This document shows, piece after piece, positions 18,796-29,313 of a DNA stretch of 64,000 nt; the first letter of the stretch is position 1, and each line of letters begins with the position of its first letter. The stretch spans positions 96,001-160,000 of the forward strand of contig JAVBPW010000001.1 in assembly GCA_031549385.1 (NCBI GenBank), read 5' to 3'. The translations under genes and the position numbers were made by a program. A model generated the notes under the pieces. It saw only the letters and a list, made by a program, of their open reading frames with translations, was not told where the DNA came from and did not search any database. The DNA is from Alphaproteobacteria bacterium. Its GTDB lineage: Bacteria > Pseudomonadota > Alphaproteobacteria > Rs-D84 > SZUA-605.

Positions 18796-21051
18796 ATGAA
18801 AAAAGAAGAAAAAATATCTCTTCGAATAAGAGTAAAACATTCAATAAAGCACTTCAAAAAATTTTTAGGTGATAGAATTCGAGGAATTTTATACCACGCT
18901 CTTAGGGGAATACTTAAAATAGTATTCTCTTTACTTTATAAGATACAAGTTAAAGGACTTGAAAATCTTAAAAATTTAGGAGACAGAAACGTTATGGTTT
19001 CAAATCACGTTTCATCACTTGATCCTATATTACTTGCTCTTTATTTACCAGGAAGACCTATTTTTGCTTTGAACAGAGAAGTTGCTAATAAATGGTGGGT
19101 AAGACCTGTGCTTGCTTTATCTGATGTGTTTGAAATTGATCCTACTAATTCCTTCCACATAAATACTTTGATTAAAAAAGTTAAAGAAGGAAGAAATTTA
19201 TTAATTTTCTCTGAAGGAAGAATTTCTGAAACTAATACTTTAATGAAAATTTATGAAGCACCTGGACTTATTGCTGATAAAGCTAAGGCCGATATTGTTC
19301 CTATTATGATTGATGGAGCACAACATACTCATTTTTCTAAAATGAAAGGTAAATTAACATTAAAATTATTTCCTAAACTTTCTATTACTGTTTTTGAAAA
19401 AAGAAAATTAAAATTAAAAGAAGAAGATTTAAGAACTCGACGTGATGAAATTGCTGAACAATTGTTTCACATAATGGCTGATTGTTTATTTTATTCTAAT
19501 CCTTTTATGAAACAACCTTTGTTTGAAGCTTTAGTTGAAACTGGCGGAAATTATGGAAGCCAAGGATTTCTTAGAAAAATTAATATCCTTGAAGACCAAA
19601 ATAGAAAACCTATGAGTTATGATAAACTTATAATAAGTGCACATGTACTTGGTGGAAAGTTAATTAAGAAATTTGATAAAGGTGAAATAGTTGGGTTACT
19701 TATGCCTAATACTCTTGCAACTGTTGCAGCTTTTTATGGATTCCAAGCTTATGGTATTGTTCCTGCTATGATAAATTTTTCAAGCGGTGTTGAAAATATT
19801 CTTTCCGCTTGTAAGGCTGCTAAAGTTAAAAGAATTGTTACTGCGAAAGCTTTTATTATTCAAGGTGAACTTGAGTACTTAATTGATGCTTTAAAAGAAA
19901 AAGATTTTGAAATTGTTTATTTAGAAGATATTGGAAAAACAGTTAGTACATGGGATAAAATTTATGGATTACTACTTGCTAAATTTAAAATTATTCCATC
20001 TGATGTTCGTAATACTGATCCTGCTGTTATTTTATTTACATCTGGATCTGAAGGTAAGCCTAAAGGTGTAGTTTTAAGTCACCAAAATCTTTTAGCAAAT
20101 ATTGCTCAAGTTAAATGTGCTATTTCATTTAACCAAACTGATGCATTGTTTAATGCATTGCCTATGTTCCATTCATTTGGACTTACTATTGGAACATTGT
20201 TGCCTCTTTATGTGGGGATTAAATGTTTCTTATACCCTACTCCACTTCACTATAAAGTTATTCCACAATTGTTCTATGAAATAGGAGCTACTGTTTTAAT
20301 CGGTACAGATACTTTTATGAGAGCTTATGCTGAAAATGCTCATGCCTATGATTTTTATAACATGAAATATGCTGTGCTTGGTGGTGAAAAACAAAAGAAA
20401 GAAACTACTGCAATTTATGCTGAAAAATTTGGTATGAGAATTATTGAAGGATATGGCGCAACTGAATGTTCCCCTCTTATCTCTGTTAATACACCTATGT
20501 ACTTTAAAAAAGGCTCAGTTGGAAAAGCTTGTGCTGGTATGGAATCTAAATTAAGAAAAATTGATGGAATCGATGAAGGTGGAGAATTATTAGTTAGAGG
20601 TCCAAACGTTATGCTTGGATACTTTAAGGAAAATGAACCTGGATTACTTTTACCTCCTGATAATGGTTGGTATGATACTGGTGATATTGTTGATATGGAC
20701 GAACGTGGATTTATTACTATTAAAGGACGTGCTAAAAGATTTGCTAAAATTGCAGGTGAAATGGTTTCATTAACTGCTGTTGAAGATTTGGTTAATTCTA
20801 TTTGGAGTGGTGAAGAAATTAATCATGCTGTTATTGCAGTTCCTGATGATAAAAAAGGTGAACGTTTAATACTGGTAACTAGTGCTAAAAACGCTGCTGT
20901 AGATGAAATTATTAAAGTAGGAAAAGAACGCGGTTTGAATGAACTTATGTATCCTAAGACTATTGAAATATGGGATGAAGTTCCAAAAATGCCTACTGGT
21001 AAAATAGACTATATGAAAGTTATGAATATTTATTATTCTAAACAAAAATAA
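18796..21051 (+). CDS. aas: bifunctional acyltransferase / acyl-ACP synthetase Aas
   Basis: PlsC motifs NHVSSLD and FSEGR; AMP-binding FTSGSEGKPKG, EGYGATE, WYDTGD, GRAKRFAKIAGEMVSL. Confidence 0.92.
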   Translation: MKKEEKISLRIRVKHSIKHFKKFLGDRIRGILYHALRGILKIVFSLLYKIQVKGLENLKNLGDRNVMVSNHVSSLDPILLALYLPGRPIFALNREVANKWWVRPVLALSDVFEIDPTNSFHINTLIKKVKEGRNLLIFSEGRISETNTLMKIYEAPGLIADKAKADIVPIMIDGAQHTHFSKMKGKLTLKLFPKLSITVFEKRKLKLKEEDLRTRRDEIAEQLFHIMADCLFYSNPFMKQPLFEALVETGGNYGSQGFLRKINILEDQNRKPMSYDKLIISAHVLGGKLIKKFDKGEIVGLLMPNTLATVAAFYGFQAYGIVPAMINFSSGVENILSACKAAKVKRIVTAKAFIIQGELEYLIDALKEKDFEIVYLEDIGKTVSTWDKIYGLLLAKFKIIPSDVRNTDPAVILFTSGSEGKPKGVVLSHQNLLANIAQVKCAISFNQTDALFNALPMFHSFGLTIGTLLPLYVGIKCFLYPTPLHYKVIPQLFYEIGATVLIGTDTFMRAYAENAHAYDFYNMKYAVLGGEKQKKETTAIYAEKFGMRIIEGYGATECSPLISVNTPMYFKKGSVGKACAGMESKLRKIDGIDEGGELLVRGPNVMLGYFKENEPGLLLPPDNGWYDTGDIVDMDERGFITIKGRAKRFAKIAGEMVSLTAVEDLVNSIWSGEEINHAVIAVPDDKKGERLILVTSAKNAAVDEIIKVGKERGLNELMYPKTIEIWDEVPKMPTGKIDYMKVMNIYYSKQK

Positions 21052-21069
21052 CTAACTTGAAGGTTTGTA

Positions 21070-21110
21070 TTAAAAAGGGTTTGATTTTTTCAAACTCTTT
21101 TTAATTTTTT
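21070..21110 (+). terminator. intrinsic terminator
   Basis: TTAAAAAGGGTTTGA...TCAAACTCTTTTTAA plus T-tract. Confidence 0.6.
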
Positions 21111-21174
21111 TGTTCTTGCATTTGATTGAAAAACCTTTAAGATTCTTTTTGTTAATAAACAAAGGAGAAAGAAA

Positions 21175-22017
21175 ATGTATTTATCAACATGTGGAGCTAT
21201 TTGCTTAGTTGCTGGATTTGCAATTATCGCAGGCTCAAAATTATACTACCGTAAAAAAGAAAAACAAAAAGGATTTGATAAAAGTTCTACAAAACACGTG
21301 TTGTGCAGAGCTTTAGTTAAAACTATTGCTATCTTTTTAATTGCTTATGCTGCTGTTAGACCTTATATGATGGCTAATACTAACATATTGCAAGATATGA
21401 TTGTTAAAGCTCAAGAAGAAGCTTCAAAAGAACAAACAAAAAAAATAAATGACTACGTTTCTAAAAATAAAAAAGAAATGGAAGAAAATGCACCAATCGC
21501 TGGAAATCCAAATGGCGATGTAGTTATCTATGAATATTTTGACTATACATGTTCTGCATGTAAAATGGCTGAAAAATTCGTAGAAGAATTAATTGCTAAA
21601 GATAAAAACGTTAAAGTTGTTTTAAAGAACTACCCAATACGTTCATATTCTTTTGTTGCTGCTCAAGCTGCTATTGCTGCTAAAATGCAATCAAATGAAA
21701 AGGCTGCTGCATTACATAAGAAAATGATTAATGGAAATATCATACCTGCAAACTTCTCACAAAACTGGGATGAAAAAACTCAAGATAAAGAATTCAAAAG
21801 AGTTGTTTTCAACTATGCTAAAGAAGCTGGCTTAGATATCGACCAACTTGAAAAAGATATGGCTAGTGAAACAGTTATGAAAGAATTACAACAAACAAGA
21901 GTATCTGGAAATACATTCGGATTAGAAGGAACACCATTCTTTGTAATCGGAAAGAAATTCTTCCCAGGTGCATTGACAATTGATGAATTAGAAAAAGCTG
22001 TAAAACAAGCTAGATAA
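21175..22017 (+). CDS. DsbA family thiol-disulfide oxidoreductase (Com1-like)
   Basis: GNPNGDVVIYEYFDYTCSAC, GLEGTPFFVIG. Confidence 0.9.
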   Translation: MYLSTCGAICLVAGFAIIAGSKLYYRKKEKQKGFDKSSTKHVLCRALVKTIAIFLIAYAAVRPYMMANTNILQDMIVKAQEEASKEQTKKINDYVSKNKKEMEENAPIAGNPNGDVVIYEYFDYTCSACKMAEKFVEELIAKDKNVKVVLKNYPIRSYSFVAAQAAIAAKMQSNEKAAALHKKMINGNIIPANFSQNWDEKTQDKEFKRVVFNYAKEAGLDIDQLEKDMASETVMKELQQTRVSGNTFGLEGTPFFVIGKKFFPGALTIDELEKAVKQAR

Positions 22018-22038
22018 TTCTGAAGTTGAAATAATTTT

Positions 22039-22064
22039 AAAACTCTTCGAAAGAAGAGTTTTTT
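22039..22064 (+). terminator. intrinsic terminator
   Basis: AAAACTCTTC-GAAA-GAAGAGTTTTTT. Confidence 0.7.
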
Positions 22065-22121
22065 ATTGTATTTTTTTTCTTTTTTTTGTATAATTACTGC
22101 AGCTATGCTGGGAGAAAATTT

Positions 22122-24017
22122 ATGGATTATCAAATATTTTTAACTTTAATTTTAATATTATTTATTACTATTATATCTGTTTCTATTTCCAAAAAATTTG
22201 GACTTGCGTCTATATTTGGATTTCTAACTTCCGGAATTTTGATTGGACCAAATGTTTTTAACCTTTTATCAAATAATCCAACTATTGAAACTTTAGGCAA
22301 TTATGGAATTGTTTTGCTTTTATTCATTATGGGATTGGAAGTTAAACCAAGTACTATTGGAAAAAATTTACGTACTGTGTTTGGTGCTGGATTTTTCCAA
22401 ATGTTTCTCTGTGCTGCTTTATTTACTGTGGGGGGAATTTTATTTAATCTAACTCTTTCTCAAGCTATTGTAGTTGGGCTTGCTTTATCTTATTGTTCTA
22501 ATGCTTTATGTATGGAATTACTTAGCCAAAGCAACAAAGTTCAATCTGATTTTGGTAAAACAGCATTTGGAATTTTATTGTTTCATAATATGATGATTAT
22601 TCCTATTTTAGCATCTATTCCAATTCTTGCTTCTGCTAAAGGAGCTACAATACTTCCCCATAACATAGTTGAAACAATTGTTGTTATCGGAATCATATTC
22701 TTATTCTTTAGATATTTATTAAATCCACTTTTGAGAATCGTTGCAAAAGTTAAGTCTCCGGAAATATTTGCTCTTTCATCTGTTGGTATTATTTTGTTTA
22801 ATACTATTGCTATTTCATTTGTAGGATTTCCATTGCCACTTGCTGGTTTTATATCTGGAATGATGCTTGCAGATTCTCAATACAGAAACCAAATACATGC
22901 TGATATTATTCCATTGAAGGGAGTGCTTCTTGGAATATTCTTTATTATGATTGGGATGAGAATAGATTTAATGTTACTTGCTATTAATTATAAATGGATT
23001 GCTATACTTGTTGCTATACTTGTGTCTGTAAAATGTATTATAACATATACTGTTTCAAGAATTATCCTAAAAAGCTCACGAGCAAATTCTTTAAAGGCTG
23101 GATTATTACTTTCTCAATCAGGGGAAGTTGCTTTAATTATATTAAGTTTAGCTAGTGTAACTTATCAATTATTATCACAATATGAAGCTCAAATATTAAT
23201 TTTAACAGCTTTAATTTCTATGTTGTTAACTCCACTTTTATTTAGCTTTATGAAATTTTTAAATATAAAAAACTTGGATAACTTACAAAACGTTGAAGAA
23301 GAAGGTTTTACAGGACATGCTATTATTGCTGGCTTTGGAAGAGTAGGACAAACTGTTGCTCACCTTTTTGATAAGCTTCATATTCCTTATTGTGCAATTG
23401 ATTTAGAACCAGATAGAGTTGAAGAAGGACGAGCTGCTGGACTTCCTATTTATTATGGAGATGCTACTCGTTATGAGATGCTAAAATCATTAGGAGCTGA
23501 TAAAGCAGCTGTTGCAGTTGTTGCGTTGGATAATACTTACCAAAATAAAAAAGTTGTTGCTGCTTTTAAAGAAAATTTTCCAAAAGTTAAAATCTTTGCA
23601 CGAGCTCGTAACCACGTTGAAGGCGAAGCTTTAAAAGAATTTGGAGTTTCTACCACAGTTCCTGAAACAACCGAATCATCATTACAACTTGCTTCTGTAG
23701 TTTTAACTCAATTAGGTGTAGGCAAAACAGATATTTTCAATGCACTTAATCAAGTTAGATATAACGATTATGAAGAATTGAAAAATATTATAGAAATAAA
23801 CTATGCAGATGCAAAAACTCCTAAACAAAGATATGAAAAGATTAATAAATCACTTGGAATAAGTAAGAAAAAGAAAATCAAGGCACCTGTGATTTATAGT
23901 GAGCAAAAAGAAGTGGCTCCTGTCAAAAAGACTGTTAAAAAAGTTGCTGTTAAGAAAAGCAAACCTAAGACAGTTAAACCTAAACAAACAATCAAAAAAA
24001 AGAAGAGTAAGAAATAA
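22122..24017 (+). CDS. Kef-type K+/H+ antiporter (CPA2) with TrkA-N domain
   Basis: Multiple TMs, GIVLLLFIMGLE, LSQSGE, IAGFGRVGQ, YYGDAT; GGAG SD before ATG 22122. Confidence 0.92.
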   Translation: MDYQIFLTLILILFITIISVSISKKFGLASIFGFLTSGILIGPNVFNLLSNNPTIETLGNYGIVLLLFIMGLEVKPSTIGKNLRTVFGAGFFQMFLCAALFTVGGILFNLTLSQAIVVGLALSYCSNALCMELLSQSNKVQSDFGKTAFGILLFHNMMIIPILASIPILASAKGATILPHNIVETIVVIGIIFLFFRYLLNPLLRIVAKVKSPEIFALSSVGIILFNTIAISFVGFPLPLAGFISGMMLADSQYRNQIHADIIPLKGVLLGIFFIMIGMRIDLMLLAINYKWIAILVAILVSVKCIITYTVSRIILKSSRANSLKAGLLLSQSGEVALIILSLASVTYQLLSQYEAQILILTALISMLLTPLLFSFMKFLNIKNLDNLQNVEEEGFTGHAIIAGFGRVGQTVAHLFDKLHIPYCAIDLEPDRVEEGRAAGLPIYYGDATRYEMLKSLGADKAAVAVVALDNTYQNKKVVAAFKENFPKVKIFARARNHVEGEALKEFGVSTTVPETTESSLQLASVVLTQLGVGKTDIFNALNQVRYNDYEELKNIIEINYADAKTPKQRYEKINKSLGISKKKKIKAPVIYSEQKEVAPVKKTVKKVAVKKSKPKTVKPKQTIKKKKSKK

Positions 24018-24541
24018 TGAAAAAAATTTATGTTCTGTTGATTATAATTGGTGTATTTGTTTTAGACCAAGCAAGTAAGATTTTAATTTTGTTAAACTCA
24101 TTAGGCTATTTACCATTTGGTGGGGATTTACCACAAGATGGATATTTTATAGCCTATATAAATGAATTCTTTAATTTTGTTTTATCATTTAATTATGGAA
24201 TGAGTTTTTCTATGTTGTCATTTTCATCAAAGTGGTTCTTTATTATAGGAATAATATTAGTATGTACTTTGATTACTGTATGGTTACGTAATGAGAAAGA
24301 TACTAAAAGACGTATCGCTTATTCATTGATATTAGGAGGAGCTCTCGGTAATTTATTTGATCGCTTTATGTATGGGGCGGTTGTGGACTTTATAGATTTC
24401 CATGTACATCTATACCATTGGCCAACATTTAATTTAGCTGATTCATTTATTTGCTTAGGTGCATTTATATATTTACTTAGTTTTATTAAAACTAAGAAAA
24501 AAGAAACAAACAAAAAAAGGAAAATTAATGTTAGAAAATAA
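24017..24541 (+). CDS. lspA: lipoprotein signal peptidase II
   Basis: DQASK, NYGMSFS, GGALGNLFDR...GAVVDF, WPTFNLADSFI. Confidence 0.95.
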   Translation: MKKIYVLLIIIGVFVLDQASKILILLNSLGYLPFGGDLPQDGYFIAYINEFFNFVLSFNYGMSFSMLSFSSKWFFIIGIILVCTLITVWLRNEKDTKRRIAYSLILGGALGNLFDRFMYGAVVDFIDFHVHLYHWPTFNLADSFICLGAFIYLLSFIKTKKKETNKKRKINVRK

Positions 24542-25241
24542 CGCTATCGTGACAGACATAAAAGAAATAACGAAAAATATTAAAGAATTTACTGTTAAAT
24601 TAAATGTAGACGCCGAGCCTTTTAAGGCAGGACAATTTTGTGTATTAGGATTAACAAATAGTGAAGGTAAGTTTATTTCAAGATCTTATTCTATTGCTTC
24701 AAAACCATCTGTTAATACACGTGTGTTTTATATAGTACTTGTTGAAGATGGACAACTTACACCACTTTTATTTAATTTGAAAAGGGGAGATGGAATCTTT
24801 ATGTCACCTCGTGGTGCTGGTCATATGGTTTACGATCATTTTATAGATTCAAAAAATTTATTATTCTGTGCAACTGGAACTGGAATTGCACCATTTAGAT
24901 CTATACTTGATGAATATGAAGCTGATTTAAAACATAAACATATTCACCTTCTTCATGGAGTTAGATACAAGCAAGATTTAGGATATAAAGATTATTTTGA
25001 AAAATTAGAAAAGAAATATCCTAACTTTAAATATTATCCTGTTGTATCTCGTGAAGATTGGGAAGGAAAAAGAGGATATATAGTTGACCTTTTCGAAAAT
25101 GAAAAAGAAATAAAAGAATTAATTGAAGATAAAAATTTAAAAGTAATGATGTGTGGAAATCCTAAGATGGTTGAGACTACTGTTGGAATTTTAGATAAAC
25201 ATGGAATTACTGAAGATAGCATTATAAAAGAAGAGTACTAA
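24528..25241 (+). CDS. fpr: ferredoxin-NADP+ reductase
   Basis: FKAGQF, RSYSIAS, ATGTGIAPF, HGVRY, MCGNPKMV, C-terminal EEY. Confidence 0.88.
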   Translation: MLENNAIVTDIKEITKNIKEFTVKLNVDAEPFKAGQFCVLGLTNSEGKFISRSYSIASKPSVNTRVFYIVLVEDGQLTPLLFNLKRGDGIFMSPRGAGHMVYDHFIDSKNLLFCATGTGIAPFRSILDEYEADLKHKHIHLLHGVRYKQDLGYKDYFEKLEKKYPNFKYYPVVSREDWEGKRGYIVDLFENEKEIKELIEDKNLKVMMCGNPKMVETTVGILDKHGITEDSIIKEEY

Positions 25242-25724
25242 ATGAAAATAATTGGAATCGATCCAGGTTTAGTTAATACAGGTTGGGGTATTATAGAGGC
25301 TAATGGTAATAAATTAACTTATATTGCTGATGGAACTATTAGACCTAAACCTACTTTAGCTATGCCAGAAAGATTACTTTCTATTTATGAAGAATTAAAA
25401 AATGTTATTGAACAATATAAACCTGAAATTGCGGGACTTGAAGATACTTTTGTTTCTAAATTTCCACAATCTACATTAAAACTTGGGCAGGCAAGAGGAG
25501 TTGCACTTCTTACTCCTGCTATTTTTAATATACCCGTTAATGAATATTCACCTACTATGGTTAAGAAAGCAATTACTGGAGTTGGTAGAGCTGATAAAAA
25601 TCAAATAGATACTATGGTGAAAACTTTATTGAATATTCATGGAAAACTTTCTTCTGAGCATTCTTCTGATGCTCTTGGTATTGCTATTGCTACTAGTTTC
25701 TATAATAAGGTTTGTTGTTACTGA
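25242..25724 (+). CDS. ruvC: Holliday junction resolvase RuvC
   Basis: IIGIDPG..TGWG, LKLGQARGV, VKKAITGVGRADKNQ, SDALGIA. Confidence 0.96.
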   Translation: MKIIGIDPGLVNTGWGIIEANGNKLTYIADGTIRPKPTLAMPERLLSIYEELKNVIEQYKPEIAGLEDTFVSKFPQSTLKLGQARGVALLTPAIFNIPVNEYSPTMVKKAITGVGRADKNQIDTMVKTLLNIHGKLSSEHSSDALGIAIATSFYNKVCCY

Positions 25725-25781
25725 TAACTTATTAAATTATTAAAAACAGGGTTTTTAACAATTTAATAAACTCAATAATAA
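25724..25781 (+). repeat. dispersed element, copy 4
   Basis: ATAACTTATTAAATTATTAAAAA-CAGGG-TTTTTAACA-ATTTAATA-AACTCAATAATAA. Confidence 0.9.
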
Positions 25782-25801
25782 ACACATGTATATTTAGTGT
25801 T

Positions 25802-27259
25802 TTATTTTTTTAGAATTTTTGATGGAGTGTTATCAAATTTAAATAAATCTTCTAAACATTGTCCTACATTAAATAATGTTTGTTCTTCAAAATGATTTGA
25901 ATTTAATTGCAAACCAATTGGAAGATTATCACTGTTTAATTTTAATGGGACATGAAGCCCTGGAACACCTGCTATATTTGCAGATACTGTGAATATATCA
26001 CAAGCGTATTCTTCCAATGGTGATAATTGTTTATCCAATTCAAATGCAGCTGTTGGAGTTGTCGGGCTTAATAATACATCCACTTGTTCAAAAGCTTTTT
26101 TATAATCTTGGTAAATTAAATTTCTTATCTTTGCAGCTTTAGTATAATATGCATCATAATAACCTGATGATAATACAAAAGTTCCTGTTAAGATTCTACG
26201 TTTTACTTCTTGTCCGAATCCTTGTTCCCTTGTATTACAATATATTTCATCAAGAGTATTTCCTGTTACTCTTAAACCATAACGAATTCCATCATAACGA
26301 GCTAAATTAGCTGATGCTTCTGCTGGTGCTATTATATAATATGCAGGAAGAGCATATTGTAAATTTGGTAGTGATACTTCAATTATTTCTGCGCCCTGCT
26401 CTTTTAACTTATTTGCAGCATCAACCCATAATGCTTTTATTTCAGGTGATAAACCTTCAAGGTCAGCTTCTTTTATTATTCCTACTTTTAATCCTTTTAC
26501 TGACGGATTTATTTGTTTGCTGTATTCTGAAATTTTAACGTCATAAGAAGTTGAATCCATTTTATCATGACCTGCCATGTGTTCTAATATTAATGCAGTG
26601 TCATAAACAGTTCTTCCAAAACATCCAGGGTGATCTAATGATGATGCGAAGGCAATTATTCCAAAACGAGAACATAGTCCGTATGTTGGTTTAATTCCTA
26701 CTATTCCACATAGTGATGCTGGTTGTCTTATTGATCCACCTGTATCTGTTCCTGTTGCTGCCATACATAACCCAGCGGCTACGGCAGCCGCTGATCCACC
26801 TGATGATCCACCTGGTGTTAATTTTTTATTATACGGGTTTAATACATTTCCAAAATATGAAGTTTTATTTGTTGAGCCCATTGCATATTCGTCTAAATTC
26901 AATTTGCCAAGTAAACAAATGCCTGCATCTTCTAATTTCTTTGTGATAGTTGCATCATATTGTGGAATGAAATTTTCAAGCATATGAGATGCGGCTGTAG
27001 TTCTTATGTCTTTTGTGCAAAATAAATCTTTTAATCCAAATGGAATACCTTCTAAACTTCTTGCTGTTCCATCAGCATATTTTTTGTCAGATTCTTTTGC
27101 ATCTTGTAATGCTTTTTCAAATGTTGTTGTAATATAAGCATTGATATCCATATTTTCCTTTATATGGTCAATATGAGCTTGAGTTAACTCTGTTGATGTT
27201 ATTTCTTTAGCTTTTAGCATTTGCAAAGCTTGCTTTATTGTTAAATCTGTTAATTTCAT
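25802..27259 (-). CDS. gatA: Asp/Glu-tRNA amidotransferase subunit A
   Basis: Amidase signature PGGSSGGSAAAV, GTDTGGSIRQPA, NLARYDG, GFGQEVKRRI. Confidence 0.97.
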   Translation of the reverse strand: MKLTDLTIKQALQMLKAKEITSTELTQAHIDHIKENMDINAYITTTFEKALQDAKESDKKYADGTARSLEGIPFGLKDLFCTKDIRTTAASHMLENFIPQYDATITKKLEDAGICLLGKLNLDEYAMGSTNKTSYFGNVLNPYNKKLTPGGSSGGSAAAVAAGLCMAATGTDTGGSIRQPASLCGIVGIKPTYGLCSRFGIIAFASSLDHPGCFGRTVYDTALILEHMAGHDKMDSTSYDVKISEYSKQINPSVKGLKVGIIKEADLEGLSPEIKALWVDAANKLKEQGAEIIEVSLPNLQYALPAYYIIAPAEASANLARYDGIRYGLRVTGNTLDEIYCNTREQGFGQEVKRRILTGTFVLSSGYYDAYYTKAAKIRNLIYQDYKKAFEQVDVLLSPTTPTAAFELDKQLSPLEEYACDIFTVSANIAGVPGLHVPLKLNSDNLPIGLQLNSNHFEEQTLFNVGQCLEDLFKFDNTPSKILKK

Positions 27260-27552
27260 TATTTCACTACCTTAGGTGTTGCAAAAAATTCTTTATTTAT
27301 ATCTGTTTGTGGAGCATTAAACAAAACTTGTTCTCTTGTTCCAAATGGAATTACTTCATCTTTTCTGGTTGGAAGAGGATTGGTAAATACGCTAAACATA
27401 GGTTCTACATTTTGAGTGTCTACTTTTTCAAGCATCGATACCCAATTCAAAATATTAGTCAAGTTATTTGATACCTCATCAATTTGGTCATCTTTTATTC
27501 CAATTCTTGATAATAGAGCTAATTTTTTTACTATTTTTTCATTTATTTCCAT
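27259..27552 (-). CDS. gatC: Asp/Glu-tRNA amidotransferase subunit C
   Basis: VKKLALLSRI...VDTQNVEPM...NAP...FFATPKVV; GAGG SD before ATG 27552. Confidence 0.92.
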   Translation of the reverse strand: MEINEKIVKKLALLSRIGIKDDQIDEVSNNLTNILNWVSMLEKVDTQNVEPMFSVFTNPLPTRKDEVIPFGTREQVLFNAPQTDINKEFFATPKVVK

Positions 27553-27676
27553 AAGAAACCTCTTGTTTTTTTCAAATATAGGGAATTTAACATAAGTTTT
27601 TTGAAAAAACAACTTTTTTATATTGCAAAAATGCCTTTTAATTTTTATTATTAGTGGAACTAATTAAGGAGATGAG

Positions 27677-28984
27677 ATGAGAAAAATTCTATTTGTTATT
27701 TGCGCTTTTTTTACATTTAATACTTTTGCAAAAATTGACGTTGATATTGTTGGTGGGAAATTGGATCCTATTCCTATTGCTATACAACCTTTTGAAGCTG
27801 AAGCAAGTTTGGCTAAAATTGCTAATGACCTTTATACTGTTATCGGAAATGATTTAACTTACAGTGGTATGTTTAAGATTATTGATCCTGAAGCTTTTAT
27901 CAATAGAACTGATAAAGTTGGTGCTCTTCCTACTTTTAATGATTGGAAGATTATTAATGCTAATATACTTGTACAAGCAAAGATTACTAAAAAAGATTTA
28001 ACAAATATGAGAATTGAATTTTATATTTGGGACGTTGTTGAAGGAAAACAAGTTCACGCTGAAGCTTTAGTGTCTTTAAATTCTAATTGGAGACGTATGG
28101 CTCATATTATGGCTGATACTATTTATAAAGCATTAACAGGAGATTCTGGATACTTTGATTCAAGAGTTGTTTATGTTTCTGAATATGGAGACAGAACTCA
28201 TAGAATTAAAAGACTTGCTATTATGGATTGGGACGGTGAAAACCATAAATTCTTAACTGATGAAAAGACTTTAGTGCTTACACCTCGATTTGCGCCTAAT
28301 ATGCAAAAGATTGCTTTCTTGTCATACTTTAAAGAAGTTCCAAAAGTTTATACATTTGATCTTCAAACTGGAGCTCAAGATTCTTTAGGCGATTTTCCTG
28401 GTATGACTTTTGCACCTCGTTTCTCACCTGATGGAACTAAAATGCTTTTATCTCAAGAAATGAATGGAAATTCTGATATATATGAAGTTAATCTTGCTAC
28501 TAAAGAAAAGAAACGATTAACTAATCACCCTGCTATTGATACTTCACCATGTTATTCACCTGATGGAAAAAAGATTGTGTTTAACTCTGATAGAGATGGC
28601 CCGCCTTCTATCTATACTATGAATGCAGATGGAAGTGATGTTAAGCGTATTACATTTAATGCTGGGAAATATTTTACTCCTGTATGGAGCCCCCGTGGAG
28701 ATTTAATAGCATTTACTAAAATACAAGGTGGACAATTCTATATCGGTGTTGTTTTCCCTGATGGAGATGCTGAGAGAACTTTAGTTAAAAGTAATGATGT
28801 TATTGAAGGACCTTCTTGGGCACCTAATGGAAGACGTATTTTATACTTCAAAGAAGAATTAATTAATAAAGGTAAAGAAGTTAGAACAAGAATTTATAGT
28901 ATTGATCTTACTGGTTACCACCAATTTGAAGTGAAGACTCCAAAAGATGCGAGTGATCCTGCGTGGTCTCCATTACTTAAATAG
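27677..28984 (+). CDS. tolB: Tol-Pal system protein TolB
   Basis: Signal peptide, PIPIAI, GYFDSR, PD40 repeats (PRFSPDG, PCYSPDG, PVWSPRG, DPAWSP). Confidence 0.96.
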   Translation: MRKILFVICAFFTFNTFAKIDVDIVGGKLDPIPIAIQPFEAEASLAKIANDLYTVIGNDLTYSGMFKIIDPEAFINRTDKVGALPTFNDWKIINANILVQAKITKKDLTNMRIEFYIWDVVEGKQVHAEALVSLNSNWRRMAHIMADTIYKALTGDSGYFDSRVVYVSEYGDRTHRIKRLAIMDWDGENHKFLTDEKTLVLTPRFAPNMQKIAFLSYFKEVPKVYTFDLQTGAQDSLGDFPGMTFAPRFSPDGTKMLLSQEMNGNSDIYEVNLATKEKKRLTNHPAIDTSPCYSPDGKKIVFNSDRDGPPSIYTMNADGSDVKRITFNAGKYFTPVWSPRGDLIAFTKIQGGQFYIGVVFPDGDAERTLVKSNDVIEGPSWAPNGRRILYFKEELINKGKEVRTRIYSIDLTGYHQFEVKTPKDASDPAWSPLLK

Positions 28985-29032
28985 TATTTACTGTAACAGT
29001 AAATACTCCCAAACTAGTTTTGGGATTTTTTT
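28983..29032 (+). terminator. tandem hairpins / terminator after tolB
   Basis: AGTATTTACTG-TAA-CAGTAAATACT followed by CCCAAA..TTTGGGA plus T-tract. Confidence 0.6.
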
Positions 29033-29090
29033 ATAACCTATTAAATTATTAAAAACAGGGTTTTTAACAATTTAACAGGTTTAATAACAA
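29033..29090 (+). repeat. dispersed element, copy 5
   Basis: ATAACCTATTAAATTATTAAAAA-CAGGG-TTTTTAACA-ATTTAACA-GGTTTAATAACAA. Confidence 0.9.
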
Positions 29091-29114
29091 TAATATTATT
29101 TAAATTGGTTATTT

Positions 29115-29312
29115 TTATATTTTTGGATATTTTTCTTTTATTGATTTTTGTTTCTCAATAAATTTTTCAATTCCATTTTCTATTATAAATTCTAATTGCT
29201 CTGATGGAGAACCATATTCTTTTGATCTTTTTTCAAAATATGTTTCTTCTTGAGATAAAGGAGCTTTTGGCTCTTCAATTTTTTCTAATATTCCGTTTGT
29301 AAATTTATACAT
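29115..29312 (-). CDS. small phage tail-fibre-associated protein
   Basis: YFEKRSKEYGSPSEQLE...IKEKYPK resembles the YxxxRxxxYPxxxEQL...IKxKYPK proteins found after phage fibre genes. Confidence 0.6.
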   Translation of the reverse strand: MYKFTNGILEKIEEPKAPLSQEETYFEKRSKEYGSPSEQLEFIIENGIEKFIEKQKSIKEKYPKI

Positions 29313-29313
29313 T

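Noticed and set aside
28983-29007. Perfect 11-bp inverted repeat as a dif or recombination site
   Set aside because: The 3-nt centre and sequence do not fit XerC/XerD 11-6-11 sites; position at the tolB stop fits a terminator-associated hairpin
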